DNA of 64,000 nucleotides, from NCBI GenBank assembly GCA_047617985.1, contig JBLGBS010000003.1:1-64000 (forward strand). Direction: 5' to 3'. Below the pieces are notes generated by a model. The model did no database searches. It saw nothing but the letters and a program-made list of their open reading frames with translations, and was not told the DNA's origin. This document shows positions 55,636-64,000 of this stretch, piece by piece. Position numbers and translations under genes: made by a program. This stretch comes from Candidatus Nanohaloarchaea archaeon (GTDB lineage: Archaea > Nanohalarchaeota > Nanosalinia > Nanosalinales > Nanosalinaceae). Within the stretch, counting starts at the first letter, position 1; every line of letters begins with the position of its first letter.

Positions 55636-56565
55636 TTAAAAGCCTATTCTCTCCAGGATTTTTGGCTCGCCGTGAAGATACATGTCAACGAAAACAACAC
55701 CCATTAGCTGACGGACAAAGTAGTAGACACCTACCAGGAGAACCGCTTCTGCTGAAACATGGACAGCTATGAAGAACGCTATCGCCACATTTCTTGAGGA
55801 AGACACAAAACCAATCGTTCTGGACTCCTTCTCATACAGCCCGGAGATAACCCCAAGTACATGGGAGTAACCGAACGTCAGGACGCTGAAAGCCACGAAA
55901 AACAGGATAGCGACAAGCAGCTGTGAAATATAGATAACTCCGTCCGCCTGAAGGATTAGCTTGGCCTGAACCAGAGTGATAAGCGTTATCAGCCAGAAAG
56001 CCAGTTTGGAGAAATGAATTCTTAGATCATCAATTATCTTGTTCTCGTAGCTCTGGGTCACCAAACCGATCAGGAACGGTGCAACCGCGAAAACCGCGTT
56101 CTCCATCATCAGGGAGTAATTGACATCCAGCGGGAAAAGCAGAAGCAGAATTGGGGCAAATACAAGAGCTCCAAAAACACTGAAAGTACCTGTGTAAGAA
56201 GCCAGATCCCCATCCGCCTTCGACATATTAGACCATATTTTCGGCGAACTTAAAGCTGCTCCAGACGCTCCAAGCACCAGAAACACTTCTCCTATATGGT
56301 TCGGGAGGAACGAGAAAATATACGCTATCCCTGGTACGAGAGCATAAATCGCTACCAGCGCTAATGACAACTGCTTACCTTTTGACCGGACAGCTTTGAA
56401 GAAGCTGAGATCCAGGTGAAGACCTACCAGGAAAAACAGTGAGGCCAGCAAAAATGTGAACAAAACATTAGATAAAACCTGCCCTGAGACAAAATAAGAG
56501 ACCGCGCCGGCAGAAATCACCAGCATGGCCAGCTCCAGGTCAGTCTTCAAACCATGAAATGGCAT
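55636..56565 (-). CDS. BASS-family (bile acid:Na+ symporter-like) membrane transporter
   Basis: About 9-10 TM helices with the characteristic two-repeat topology. Assigned from overall pattern only. Confidence 0.5.
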   Translation of the reverse strand: MPFHGLKTDLELAMLVISAGAVSYFVSGQVLSNVLFTFLLASLFFLVGLHLDLSFFKAVRSKGKQLSLALVAIYALVPGIAYIFSFLPNHIGEVFLVLGASGAALSSPKIWSNMSKADGDLASYTGTFSVFGALVFAPILLLLFPLDVNYSLMMENAVFAVAPFLIGLVTQSYENKIIDDLRIHFSKLAFWLITLITLVQAKLILQADGVIYISQLLVAILFFVAFSVLTFGYSHVLGVISGLYEKESRTIGFVSSSRNVAIAFFIAVHVSAEAVLLVGVYYFVRQLMGVVFVDMYLHGEPKILERIGF

Positions 56566-56631
56566 GAATCAAAATGGTCAAAGCCGGTTTATTAATCTAC
56601 AAGCTTAATAGATTTGAGATAAAAATAATCT

Positions 56632-56928
56632 GTGATGGAAGAACTTGAAAGAGAAAAAGAGCTTGAAGACAGGATTAAACTTTACCTGAATGAAAACTTT
56701 GAAGGCAGTTATTCCAGCGGTGTCGATATCGATTACAAGAACAGAAGAGCAGACTTCTTCATAACTTTCAGTGAAGGCGCAGAATTTCCACCCATAGGCA
56801 AATTTGTTGATGAGATAATTGAAGAACTAGGGATAGAGGAGAGGTATCTTAAGTCGGATATCCGGAAAGCCGACAATATTTACAAGCTAACGGTTATGGA
56901 TATAGAAAATTATAAAGAAATAGCCTAG
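56632..56928 (+). CDS. Hypothetical protein
   Basis: 98-aa ORF. Confidence 0.35.
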   Translation: MMEELEREKELEDRIKLYLNENFEGSYSSGVDIDYKNRRADFFITFSEGAEFPPIGKFVDEIIEELGIEERYLKSDIRKADNIYKLTVMDIENYKEIA

Positions 56929-56947
56929 ACTGCGGAAAAGAAGCTTT

Positions 56948-57790
56948 TCAGTCTCTTAACTCCATGATCTTCTTCAAGTTCTCTCTATAGCTTTTTCCGT
57001 CGCTTGTAGGTGTTTCCAGCACCATCGGTAGATCCTCAAGTTTGTCCGAGTTAACCACATTGCTGAAACCTTCCTCACCTATATTTCCCTCTCCAATATG
57101 CTCGTGGTTGTCTTTCTCACTTCCTTTCTCGTCTTTCGAGTCGTTCAGATGCAGTACTTTCACGGTTTCAAGCCCGAGATCCTCTTCAATTTCCTGGATA
57201 AAGTCCTTGAAACCGTCTTCTTCCCTCAGTTCGTATCCTGCTGCATGTGCGTGGCATGTGTCTATGCAGACACCGATTTTTTCATCCGGAGTATCTGCCT
57301 TTTCTATCATCTGCCTTAACTGGCCCATAGACCTTCCAAGCGTTGTTCCTTTCCCTGCAGTGTTTTCAAGTAGAAGGGTTACATTCTCAGGGATATCTAG
57401 TTCATCGATTCCCTCTGCAATTCTTTCAATACCGTTCTCTACCCCCGAACCTGTATGGGCTCCAGGATGGAAAACTACATACTCGACACCGAGCTTAGAA
57501 GCTGCGTCAAGCTCTGACTGAAGACAGTTCAACGATTTCTCGAATAAATCGTCTTTCGGAGTAGCAAGATTAACTAGATAGGTTGAATGGATAACATACG
57601 GATCCTGATTTCCCTTATCGAGAGCTTCCTGGAAGCTTTCTCCGTCTTCTTCCGTGTATTCTGATACGCTCCAGGTTCTCGGCGATCCTGCAAATATCTG
57701 TCCACAGTTCCCTCCGATTTCTTCCTGTCTTTCAACCGCTTTTTCCACTCCGCCTGAGATCGAGACATGCGCTCCGATTCTGAAAGTCAT
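56948..57790 (-). CDS. nfo: Endonuclease IV (AP endonuclease family 2)
   Basis: MTFRIGAHVSISGG..., HSTYLVNLA, VFHPGAH..., CIDTCHAHAAGY and KVLHLND are the Nfo metal-binding motifs. Confidence 0.85.
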   Translation of the reverse strand: MTFRIGAHVSISGGVEKAVERQEEIGGNCGQIFAGSPRTWSVSEYTEEDGESFQEALDKGNQDPYVIHSTYLVNLATPKDDLFEKSLNCLQSELDAASKLGVEYVVFHPGAHTGSGVENGIERIAEGIDELDIPENVTLLLENTAGKGTTLGRSMGQLRQMIEKADTPDEKIGVCIDTCHAHAAGYELREEDGFKDFIQEIEEDLGLETVKVLHLNDSKDEKGSEKDNHEHIGEGNIGEEGFSNVVNSDKLEDLPMVLETPTSDGKSYRENLKKIMELRD

Positions 57791-57869
57791 ATAGTTAAAC
57801 TACGTCCTTCGATTTCAAAAACTCTTCTGACAGCAACTGATTGAAAAAGATTCAACTTGAAGATAGATT

Positions 57870-58292
57870 TTGCCGATGACAAATAGAGATGACAGCATCG
57901 AGGATATAACAGAATACAATCTCAGCCAAGAGATCGTATGTAAGGCAATTGATAGAGATTATTGGAAAGAAACTACTGAAGACTATGAACCTCTAGAAAT
58001 TGAGGAAGAGAGCACGAGAGGAGGCATCGTTGATTACTCTATTGATTTTGAAGGCGAGCAGATCGATTTCAATTTCTCGCTCTCCAACGACCTGCAGTTG
58101 AGCATAATATTTCTCGAAGCTCTTTCTCAGGGGAAAGAGTTTGACTCCTGGGAGGATATTTATGGCGACAGAAGAAACCTTGAGTCTACTAAGCCATCTG
58201 AGTTCCAGAAACTGATCGAAGACAACTACTTGCCAGAGAAGTACCAAGAACCGTTGAACGATTTTCTGCACGATTACATATGGGAGGAGTAA
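57870..58292 (+). CDS. Hypothetical acidic protein
   Basis: 140-aa ORF. Confidence 0.35.
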   Translation: MPMTNRDDSIEDITEYNLSQEIVCKAIDRDYWKETTEDYEPLEIEEESTRGGIVDYSIDFEGEQIDFNFSLSNDLQLSIIFLEALSQGKEFDSWEDIYGDRRNLESTKPSEFQKLIEDNYLPEKYQEPLNDFLHDYIWEE

Positions 58293-58324
58293 ACGGGATA
58301 AAAATAAACTCCAAATAATAGCCT

Positions 58325-58660
58325 ATGGGCGTGTATGAAGATTTAAGGGAGGTAGAAAATCTACTGGAACGGGAGGGCTACGACATCGACTGGTTCGAGA
58401 TAGGGAAAAAAGCTGATACAGCAGCAGACTTAAAGGATTCTACAGCGCCGAGAGCAGTGGGCAGAAACCCGGTTAAAGCCCTGGAGAAATGGCAGAAAGT
58501 TAGTTCTGAAGATGATGGCGTAGAAGATGAAGAGTATTTCATAGAAGTATTTTTCTCCAACAGCCTGGATATAGCAATATACGATTCCGAAGTTGGAAAA
58601 CTTGAGTACATCAAATTCAGCAGTGCAGATAACTCGGTGAAGGAGCTACTGGAAGAATGA
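58325..58660 (+). CDS. Hypothetical acidic protein
   Basis: 111-aa ORF. Confidence 0.35.
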   Translation: MGVYEDLREVENLLEREGYDIDWFEIGKKADTAADLKDSTAPRAVGRNPVKALEKWQKVSSEDDGVEDEEYFIEVFFSNSLDIAIYDSEVGKLEYIKFSSADNSVKELLEE

Positions 58661-59385
58661 AAATAGTATCTCTGGCACCTTCAAACACAGAAATCCTGTA
58701 TAGATTAGGAGCAGAAGACTTTATTGTGGCGACAACCAGTTTATGTGATTACCCGGAAGAAGCTATTGAGAAGCCCAGTGTAGGTGGATGGACAGACTCT
58801 GACCTGGAAAAAATAGAAGAAATAGAGCCGGATCTGGCGCTGGCATCTGATGACCTACAAGATGAGATAGTTGAAAATCTTGAGGAGAAAAATATCGAGG
58901 TAGTGCAGGTAAAGCCTCACAGTTTGGAAGAGGTATTTGAAAGCATTGAACTGCTGGGAAGGGTTGTCGGGAAAGAACAGGAAGCTTCTAAGCTAGTTAA
59001 AAACATGAAGAAACAAATCGAAACAGTTGATCTTGAGGGCGCCCGGATATACTGTGAGGAATGGATGGATCCTCCGATGATTTCCGGCAACTGGATACCT
59101 GATTTAATTCAGGAGGCTGGTGGAAACTACTTTATAGACAGAGGAAGAAGCAGAGAGTTCAAAACGGGAAAACTGAGGAAGTTTGATCCAGAGTATATCT
59201 TCCTGAATGTATGCGGTGCAGGTGAAAATATCGATACCTCAAAAGTTCTGGAAAGAGATAAATGGCGGGAAATACAAGCTGTACGGGAGAAAAATGTGTA
59301 TATTTTAGATGATGCTCTGCTGAACCGGCCGGGTCCAAGACTTGTGAAAGGATTAAAGGAAATAGAAAGAAGGGTTAAAAACTAG
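58657..59385 (+). CDS. Periplasmic-binding-protein-fold protein of the BtuF/FecB (cobalamin/iron-siderophore) class, without a signal peptide
   Basis: MKIVSLAPSNTEILYRLGAEDFIVATTSLCDYPEEA...IEPDLAL... resembles the cobalamin-binding BtuF N-lobe. No N-terminal signal peptide. Confidence 0.5.
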   Translation: MKIVSLAPSNTEILYRLGAEDFIVATTSLCDYPEEAIEKPSVGGWTDSDLEKIEEIEPDLALASDDLQDEIVENLEEKNIEVVQVKPHSLEEVFESIELLGRVVGKEQEASKLVKNMKKQIETVDLEGARIYCEEWMDPPMISGNWIPDLIQEAGGNYFIDRGRSREFKTGKLRKFDPEYIFLNVCGAGENIDTSKVLERDKWREIQAVREKNVYILDDALLNRPGPRLVKGLKEIERRVKN

Positions 59386-59948
59386 GTATCGTGATCCTCG
59401 TAAGGCTCTCCGTACTTATCACTTAGAAGGTTGATAGCTGATTTCGCGCCGTCTCCGATAGCGACCGAGGTCTGGTACTCCCAGGTATTGGCAAGTCCTG
59501 CTGCGTAAAGATTCTCAACTCCGACCGCTTTGTTTGAATCATCGGTTTTGACATGTTTATCCATCATGTAAGGGCCTTCCACACCGTCTTCAAACTCGAC
59601 ATCAAGGTTTTCCAGATAGCTGAGATCTCCAGCTGAGGCGGAAACTATGTACTCTGATTTGTACTCATCTTCTCCTGTTACAATCTTGAAGCCTTCCTCA
59701 GTTTTCTCTACTTCTTCAACTTCTTCCTCCTTGATCTCTCCATCGAAATCATTTAACTTGTCTTCCGCTTTCCTGAGAAGTTCCTGCCCGCTGATCGAGT
59801 CATGCCCGACCAGGTTCTGAATGTTTGAAGTGTTGTGAACCAGTGATTCTCCGGTGTCAAGTACAAGTGTTTCCTCTCCTGCTTTAGCTGTGAAAACTCC
59901 GGCCTGAAGACCGGCGATACCTCCACCGATAACAATAACTGTTCTCAT
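59382..59948 (-). CDS. Small FAD/NAD(P)-binding oxidoreductase
   Basis: VIVIGGGIAGLQAG dinucleotide-binding motif. 188 aa. Confidence 0.5.
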   Translation of the reverse strand: MRTVIVIGGGIAGLQAGVFTAKAGEETLVLDTGESLVHNTSNIQNLVGHDSISGQELLRKAEDKLNDFDGEIKEEEVEEVEKTEEGFKIVTGEDEYKSEYIVSASAGDLSYLENLDVEFEDGVEGPYMMDKHVKTDDSNKAVGVENLYAAGLANTWEYQTSVAIGDGAKSAINLLSDKYGEPYEDHDT

Positions 59949-59972
59949 ACTGAGAAATTGTCAGTTACTTAT

Positions 59973-60575
59973 TCAAATATTTCTCAACCAGGATCGGATC
60001 AATTCCTCGACCCTGTAGCTCAGATCGATTAACCTGTCCACCCAGCTATCTAGATACCGGTAAACCGCTACAGCAACCACTAATCCCAGAAGACCGGAAA
60101 CTACTCCTCCCAGGATATCTAGAGGGTAGTGGAGTCCGACAAAAACCCGACCGAATCCAGTCAAAACTCCGGAGACCCCGAAAATCCAGGCCAGTTTCCT
60201 CCTCTTCAGATACAGAAAGCTCCAGAAAACCGAGAACATCGACGCGGTGTGCTGACTTGGAAACGCATTATCCAGTTCCCCGCCTGAAACTATAGTATTA
60301 TAGGTGCTGAAAGGCTGGTGATGAAAGTAGAGAAGGCCGAGACCATAGGTCAGCGATATCCCCGCAACTGCTGTTAAGAACGTGAAAACCGAGTCTCTCC
60401 TGGCTTCCTCTGATCTAAACCAGAGATAGACCAGTACCGTCGGAATCAGAAAAACCAGAAGTTCTGCGCACATAAGGAAAAAAGTGTCGACAACCCTGTT
60501 ACCTGTGAAGCTCTGTACGAACAGGAACAGCTGGGTATCAATCCCGGAGATGCTGGACATAATACTGGCTTCCAC
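59973..60575 (-). CDS. PAP2-family phosphatase (phosphatidic acid / undecaprenyl-diphosphate phosphatase)
   Basis: The PAP2 motifs are present: PSQHT and GLHYPLDILGG (a SGH...R...H...D-type pattern). Six TM helices. Confidence 0.7.
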   Translation of the reverse strand: MEASIMSSISGIDTQLFLFVQSFTGNRVVDTFFLMCAELLVFLIPTVLVYLWFRSEEARRDSVFTFLTAVAGISLTYGLGLLYFHHQPFSTYNTIVSGGELDNAFPSQHTASMFSVFWSFLYLKRRKLAWIFGVSGVLTGFGRVFVGLHYPLDILGGVVSGLLGLVVAVAVYRYLDSWVDRLIDLSYRVEELIRSWLRNI

Positions 60576-60661
60576 ATCTACAGACTAAAAACCTGCGGTT
60601 CCTGGCTTGAACTTACTTAAAAATAACACCTGAATTGGTCTGTATAAGGTGAATACAAAAA

Positions 60662-60823
60662 ATGGCACAGAGATTTGAAGAAGCCAAGGAAAGAATCTTC
60701 AGCAATGTCTACATCTGCAGAAGATGCAATGCGAAGAACAGGACAAGCAACCCTGAAAACACTTCATGCAGGAAATGCGGTTACAGTAACCTGAGAAAGA
60801 AGAACGAAGAATTCGCAGGCTGA
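60662..60823 (+). CDS. rpl40e: 50S ribosomal protein L40e (53 aa)
   Basis: MAQRFEEAKERIFSNVYICRRCNAKNRTSNPENTSCRKCGYSNLRKKNEEFAG has the C4 zinc ribbon and the basic pattern of L40e. It is below the ORF-track size cutoff. Confidence 0.75.
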   Translation: MAQRFEEAKERIFSNVYICRRCNAKNRTSNPENTSCRKCGYSNLRKKNEEFAG

Positions 60824-60829
60824 TACGGC

Positions 60830-61705
60830 TTGGAGTGGTTCATCGCAACTGTCGGCGCTGCCCTTCTATGGTCTTTCACGGGAATAGTTGCCAAAGAACT
60901 GATGAACCATGAATCCAGTCTTGTCTACTCCTTTCTTTACTCAGTGCTTGCGCTGATATTCTACACCCCTATTTTTCTCTACTTTAGTTCAGCGGAAATA
61001 ACTTTCACACCACTGGTTATCGGCGCTTTTCTAGTCTCAGGGCTCGCAAATGTTTTCGGAATCATGACCTACAACTACTCGATCAAACTCGGAGAACTAT
61101 CCCGGGTCATACCCTTCACAAAGCTCAACCCGGTCTTCACGGCCTTAATCGCAGCATTACTTCTCGGCGAATCAATGACTCCTCTGAAAGTTTCCGGAAT
61201 ACTGCTGGTAACCGTCGGTAGCTACGTGATTCTGGGCGAGCGGAACACCGGATGGAAACAGCCTTTCAAATCATTCATACGGGAGAGAGCACCTAAGATC
61301 GGAGCTCTTTCAGCACTGATTTTCTCGCTGGCTGCAGTAATGGATAGATACGCAACACAGACAGTAGCGCCGGAAATCTACACCTTTATGATATTCCTTT
61401 TCATGACCTCCGGGCTAACCGTCTACATCTCCACCTCGAAAAGAGAAGTCATTCCTGATATAATTCCGAACCTGAAAAACCATCGGTACAAGTACGCAGT
61501 GACAGGAATCGCAACCGCTGCAGCAACATACCTAATATTCTACGCATTCTCACAGGCCCCTGCCTCCAGGGTAATACCGGTTCTTCAGATCCAGGTACTG
61601 ATCTCGGTAATCGCCGGAGTAATGCTTTTTGGGGAAGACAATCTGAAACAGAAACTTGTCGGTTCAGCCATACTCATCGCAGGGGTAGTGCTGGTCGCAC
61701 TGTAA
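60830..61705 (+). CDS. DMT/EamA-family membrane transporter
   Basis: Ten TM helices in two EamA-like repeats. Confidence 0.6.
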   Translation: MEWFIATVGAALLWSFTGIVAKELMNHESSLVYSFLYSVLALIFYTPIFLYFSSAEITFTPLVIGAFLVSGLANVFGIMTYNYSIKLGELSRVIPFTKLNPVFTALIAALLLGESMTPLKVSGILLVTVGSYVILGERNTGWKQPFKSFIRERAPKIGALSALIFSLAAVMDRYATQTVAPEIYTFMIFLFMTSGLTVYISTSKREVIPDIIPNLKNHRYKYAVTGIATAAATYLIFYAFSQAPASRVIPVLQIQVLISVIAGVMLFGEDNLKQKLVGSAILIAGVVLVAL

Positions 61706-61741
61706 CCATTTAAAGAAATTACCTACCTACTACATTCATAC

Positions 61742-61888
61742 GCCCCATTGGCTCAGCGGTAGAGCGCGTCCTTGGTAGAAGTGGTTACGCTCGATTCATA
61801 AGCAACAAACCCCTCTTTGAGGCGCTTTCGAAGACGGAACCACTTTACAAACAGGACGAGATCCCGGGTTCGAATCTCGGATGGGGCT
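61742..61888 (+). tRNA. tRNA-Thr (anticodon GGT) with a 75-nt intron at position 37/38 (intron 61778-61852)
   Basis: Exon 1 is GCCCCAT-TG-GCTC-AGCGGTA-GAGC-G-CGTCC-TTGGTA. Exon 2 is A-GGACG-AGATC-CCGGG-TTCGAAT-CTCGG-ATGGGGC-T. The intron has GTGGTT...AACCAC complementary segments. Confidence 0.75.
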
Positions 61889-61910
61889 TTGTGAAAACTT
61901 GCTTCAACAG

Positions 61911-61929
61911 CCCACAACTCGTGGGTTTT
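61911..61929 (+). terminator. Hairpin plus T-tract downstream of tRNA-Thr
   Basis: CCCAC-AACTC-GTGGG followed by TTTT. It is nested inside an 8-bp inverted repeat GTGAAAAC (61891-61898) / GTTTTCAC (61938-61945). Confidence 0.45.
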
Positions 61930-62033
61930 GAGAAGCGGTTTTCACGCATATTTCGAGGTTACGAACATAGGAAGTTATGGTTTAGAGCTTACATTTGACG
62001 AGGTAATCGACGGAGAATACCGATGATTTCTTT

Positions 62034-62258
62034 CTAAAACCGGTACTGGTAAAGTATCCAGCTGGCCCCGGCAAAGCCTATCAGTAGAAAACCAGCTGTG
62101 AAGAATGACGCAGTAGTGTCGATCAGCCAGGATAAGCCAAGCAGATCCGTTCTTTTGATATATCCAAGACCATAAAATATGCCTATTACAGTTAAGGCCG
62201 CGGTTATACGCATTCCCAGATCTTCAAGGAAGTTTCTGAATGTCAGTTCTCGGGACAT
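62034..62258 (-). CDS. Small membrane protein
   Basis: 74 aa, two TM helices, immediately downstream of the XRE HTH gene. Confidence 0.35.
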   Translation of the reverse strand: MSRELTFRNFLEDLGMRITAALTVIGIFYGLGYIKRTDLLGLSWLIDTTASFFTAGFLLIGFAGASWILYQYRF

Positions 62259-62260
62259 AT

Positions 62261-62461
62261 TTATTCCTCAAGTCTGAAGATTTTTTCCACTTCTGTGTCG
62301 AAAAAGCCGGCCAGCTCCAGCGCCAGCTCCAGGCTTGGGTTGTATTTACCTGTTTCTATGGCGTTGACCGTCTGTCGGGATACATCCATTTCCTTCGCCA
62401 GTTCTGCCTGAGTTAGATCTTTTTCCTGCCGGAGTTTCTTGAGCTGATTTTTTACCTGCAT
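62261..62461 (-). CDS. XRE-family (Cro/C1-type) HTH transcriptional regulator
   Basis: LTQAELAKEMDVSRQTVNAIETGKYNPSLELALELA is a canonical XRE HTH. Confidence 0.7.
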   Translation of the reverse strand: MQVKNQLKKLRQEKDLTQAELAKEMDVSRQTVNAIETGKYNPSLELALELAGFFDTEVEKIFRLEE

Positions 62462-62483
62462 ATCAAACTATTTCCTTCACAAT

Positions 62484-62939
62484 TTATTTGACTCCTCTGA
62501 GTCTTTTGCCTATATCTATTAGAACTGCTAATCCAATTATAATTCCCCAGGAAACGTAGTAGGGCGCAGCCCAGTCCGGGTAATCCCAGTAGTTAAGCCC
62601 CATCCCTATCGAGATAGCAATCATCGCCACCCCACCAAAAGCTCCTGTCCACATAACTGCCTGATGTGTCGATTCTTTCGCGATACTGAGGTCTCTTTCA
62701 TCAAATATTGGTCTATCGCTTTTTTCACCTATCAGGTAAAGTAGTGTTACTGCTGTTATTGTTATTCCTGCTGCGACCAGTTCGTAGCCCATATTGAAGG
62801 TCGCAACCATTGAAACCATTCCCAGGATTAGAACTGTGAAGTATGTTTTCTTGCCGTTTAAACCGTATTTTTCAGTATTCATTATACCACAGAAAGTAAA
62901 GCGAGCTTTACATTTAAATATGTAAAGGTAGCTTGACAC
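62484..62939 (-). CDS. Membrane protein (4 TM), partner of the XRE HTH gene
   Basis: 151 aa, hydrophobic. It is contiguous with the two downstream small genes on the same strand. Confidence 0.45.
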   Translation of the reverse strand: MSSYLYIFKCKARFTFCGIMNTEKYGLNGKKTYFTVLILGMVSMVATFNMGYELVAAGITITAVTLLYLIGEKSDRPIFDERDLSIAKESTHQAVMWTGAFGGVAMIAISIGMGLNYWDYPDWAAPYYVSWGIIIGLAVLIDIGKRLRGVK

Positions 62940-62990
62940 AACCTCGTGGTGACCGTGCCTGATTAAAAACCGGAAATCGAATTAACATCT

Positions 62991-64000
62991 GTGGGAGAGA
63001 GATATCTAAAAACTGCAGTACCGGGTTTCCTTGGAACTGTTTCACTAATTTTACTTATCGGAATGTTTATCTCAACTGCTTCAGCCTCTAACACAGTTTA
63101 TGTAGGCCCGCATCAGGTTGAACCATCCAGCGGTCAGGAAACTTCGCCAGGGATTTCAGCTCTCTCCAGCCAGACAGCTGCTGAGAAAAGAATGATTGTC
63201 AGATTTGAAGAAGTTCCAGACAGCGGTGAAAGAAACAAGATTGAAAGGAAAACAGGTATAGAGTTTCTGAGCTACGCCTCGAACAGAGCCTGGGTAGTCA
63301 AAGCCACAGAAGATCAGATCTCAGGTCTGGAAGAACTAAAAGTCGATTTCACGGCAGATTACAGACAGGAGTACAAGCTCGGCGAACAAATGAGTGAAGA
63401 AGGCCTGCTGGAAAGATCAGTTAACGGCGACGGAACAGCAAGCATTTCAGTCGAATTCTTCAGCGATGTCAGCGAGGAAAGACAGAAAGAAATAATAGAA
63501 AAGCACGGTAAAACCACTGGAAAATCCGTTTTCGGAAACAACTGGAACGCAAAAGTTCCCACCGATTCCTACCTGGAAATCACACAGGAAGAGGAAGTCA
63601 AGAGAATCCGAAACAAACGAAGTGAAGCCCAGCCTTTGAACGACCGAGCTAGAGAAGTGATCTCGGCCGACCGGCTTTATGACCCCCCATTCGATCTGAA
63701 AGGTGACGGCTTCACAGCTTCAATGTGGGACACCGGCTGGGCAGGAAATCACACTGATCTCAGCAGTAAAACCTATATCGGAGATAGAGACGAATGTGTT
63801 AAATGTGAAGTTCAGAGTCATGCCACACACGTCGCAGGAACAATGCTTGGTTCAGGAAATATCAACAGCAATCTGAGAGGGGTAGCGCCGGAAGCAAGTC
63901 TGATCAGCCATGAGGTAGATGATCTGACAGCCTACCCGCTTAACATGAACAGATCAATCAATGAAAACAACTCTATTCTCTCACAGAACTCATACGGAAA
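62991..64000 (+). CDS. Secreted subtilisin-like (S8, halolysin-type) serine protease with a propeptide. It runs off the window end. The start is GTG 62991 or ATG 63063.
   Basis: Signal peptide KTAVPGFLGTVSLILLIGMFISTASASN. An I9-like propeptide follows, then the catalytic Asp (MWDTGW) and His (SHATHVAGT) regions. Confidence 0.7.
   Translation, partial: MGERYLKTAVPGFLGTVSLILLIGMFISTASASNTVYVGPHQVEPSSGQETSPGISALSSQTAAEKRMIVRFEEVPDSGERNKIERKTGIEFLSYASNRAWVVKATEDQISGLEELKVDFTADYRQEYKLGEQMSEEGLLERSVNGDGTASISVEFFSDVSEERQKEIIEKHGKTTGKSVFGNNWNAKVPTDSYLEITQEEEVKRIRNKRSEAQPLNDRAREVISADRLYDPPFDLKGDGFTASMWDTGWAGNHTDLSSKTYIGDRDECVKCEVQSHATHVAGTMLGSGNINSNLRGVAPEASLISHEVDDLTAYPLNMNRSINENNSILSQNSYG

Noticed and set aside
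1-64000. Search for a CRISPR array, rRNA genes, IS elements, transposases or integrases
   Set aside because: No array of regularly spaced direct repeats, no 16S/23S/5S-like sequence, and no transposase or integrase motifs (DDE, tyrosine recombinase R..H..R..Y) were seen in any frame.

Overview
This 64-kb window looks like a gene-dense chromosomal segment of a halophilic archaeon. GC content is about 45% by eye, and nearly all predicted proteins are strongly acidic (D/E-rich), as expected for a salt-in halophile.

The archaeal assignment rests on ribosomal proteins L10e and L40e, a class I lysyl-tRNA synthetase, diphthamide synthase Dph2, an MBF1-type Zn-ribbon/HTH protein, a CTP-type riboflavin kinase, and two tRNAs with introns at the canonical 37/38 position. 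The small, compact, acidic, intron-rich genome style is compatible with a nanohaloarchaeon/DPANN-like organism, but I cannot confirm that from sequence alone.

I called about 80 CDS and 4 tRNAs: Asp-GTC, Leu-TAG, Trp-CCA with a 59-nt intron, and Thr-GGT with a 75-nt intron. I found no rRNA, no CRISPR array, and no recognisable IS or transposase.

Functional highlights:
- A minus-strand nucleotide-sugar operon (4260-10540): HAD-like domain fused to phosphomannomutase/phosphoglucomutase, two GlmU-like nucleotidyltransferase/acetyltransferases (one with a degenerate G-loop), a DMT transporter, and a Rossmann oxidoreductase. glmS lies elsewhere in the window.
- A membrane-proteostasis neighbourhood: site-2 protease, rhomboid, TraB family protein, SPFH/band-7 protein.
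- Fe/Mn superoxide dismutase, 2Fe-2S ferredoxin, and a B12-dependent class II ribonucleotide reductase NrdJ preceded by an NrdR-like repressor.
- Several nuclease-domain proteins: a PD-(D/E)xK (Mrr-like) protein in an operon with a winged-HTH protein, a VRR-NUC/AbrB fusion, a NYN-domain protein, a PIN/PhoH/KH protein, and a beta-CASP metallo-beta-lactamase nuclease.

Observations most worth a second look:
- A gene encoding four CBS domains fused to a C-terminal domain that closely resembles the bacterial ribosome hibernation factor HPF/RaiA (S30AE), apparently co-transcribed with a NYN ribonuclease.
- The tRNA-Trp intron carries a C'/D'-like half box C/D guide positioned to methylate C34.
- Two AT-rich islets encode proteins atypical for this proteome. 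One is a cytoplasmic protein plus small membrane protein pair. The other is a basic protein plus HTH pair.
- Inverted repeats around the nrdR promoter.
- A perfect 14-bp palindrome overlapping the TATA box of the HTH/Mrr-like operon.
- A 14-15 nt duplication of the tRNA-Leu 5' end 96 bp upstream of that gene.

All homology statements come from reading motifs in the translations. No database searches were run.
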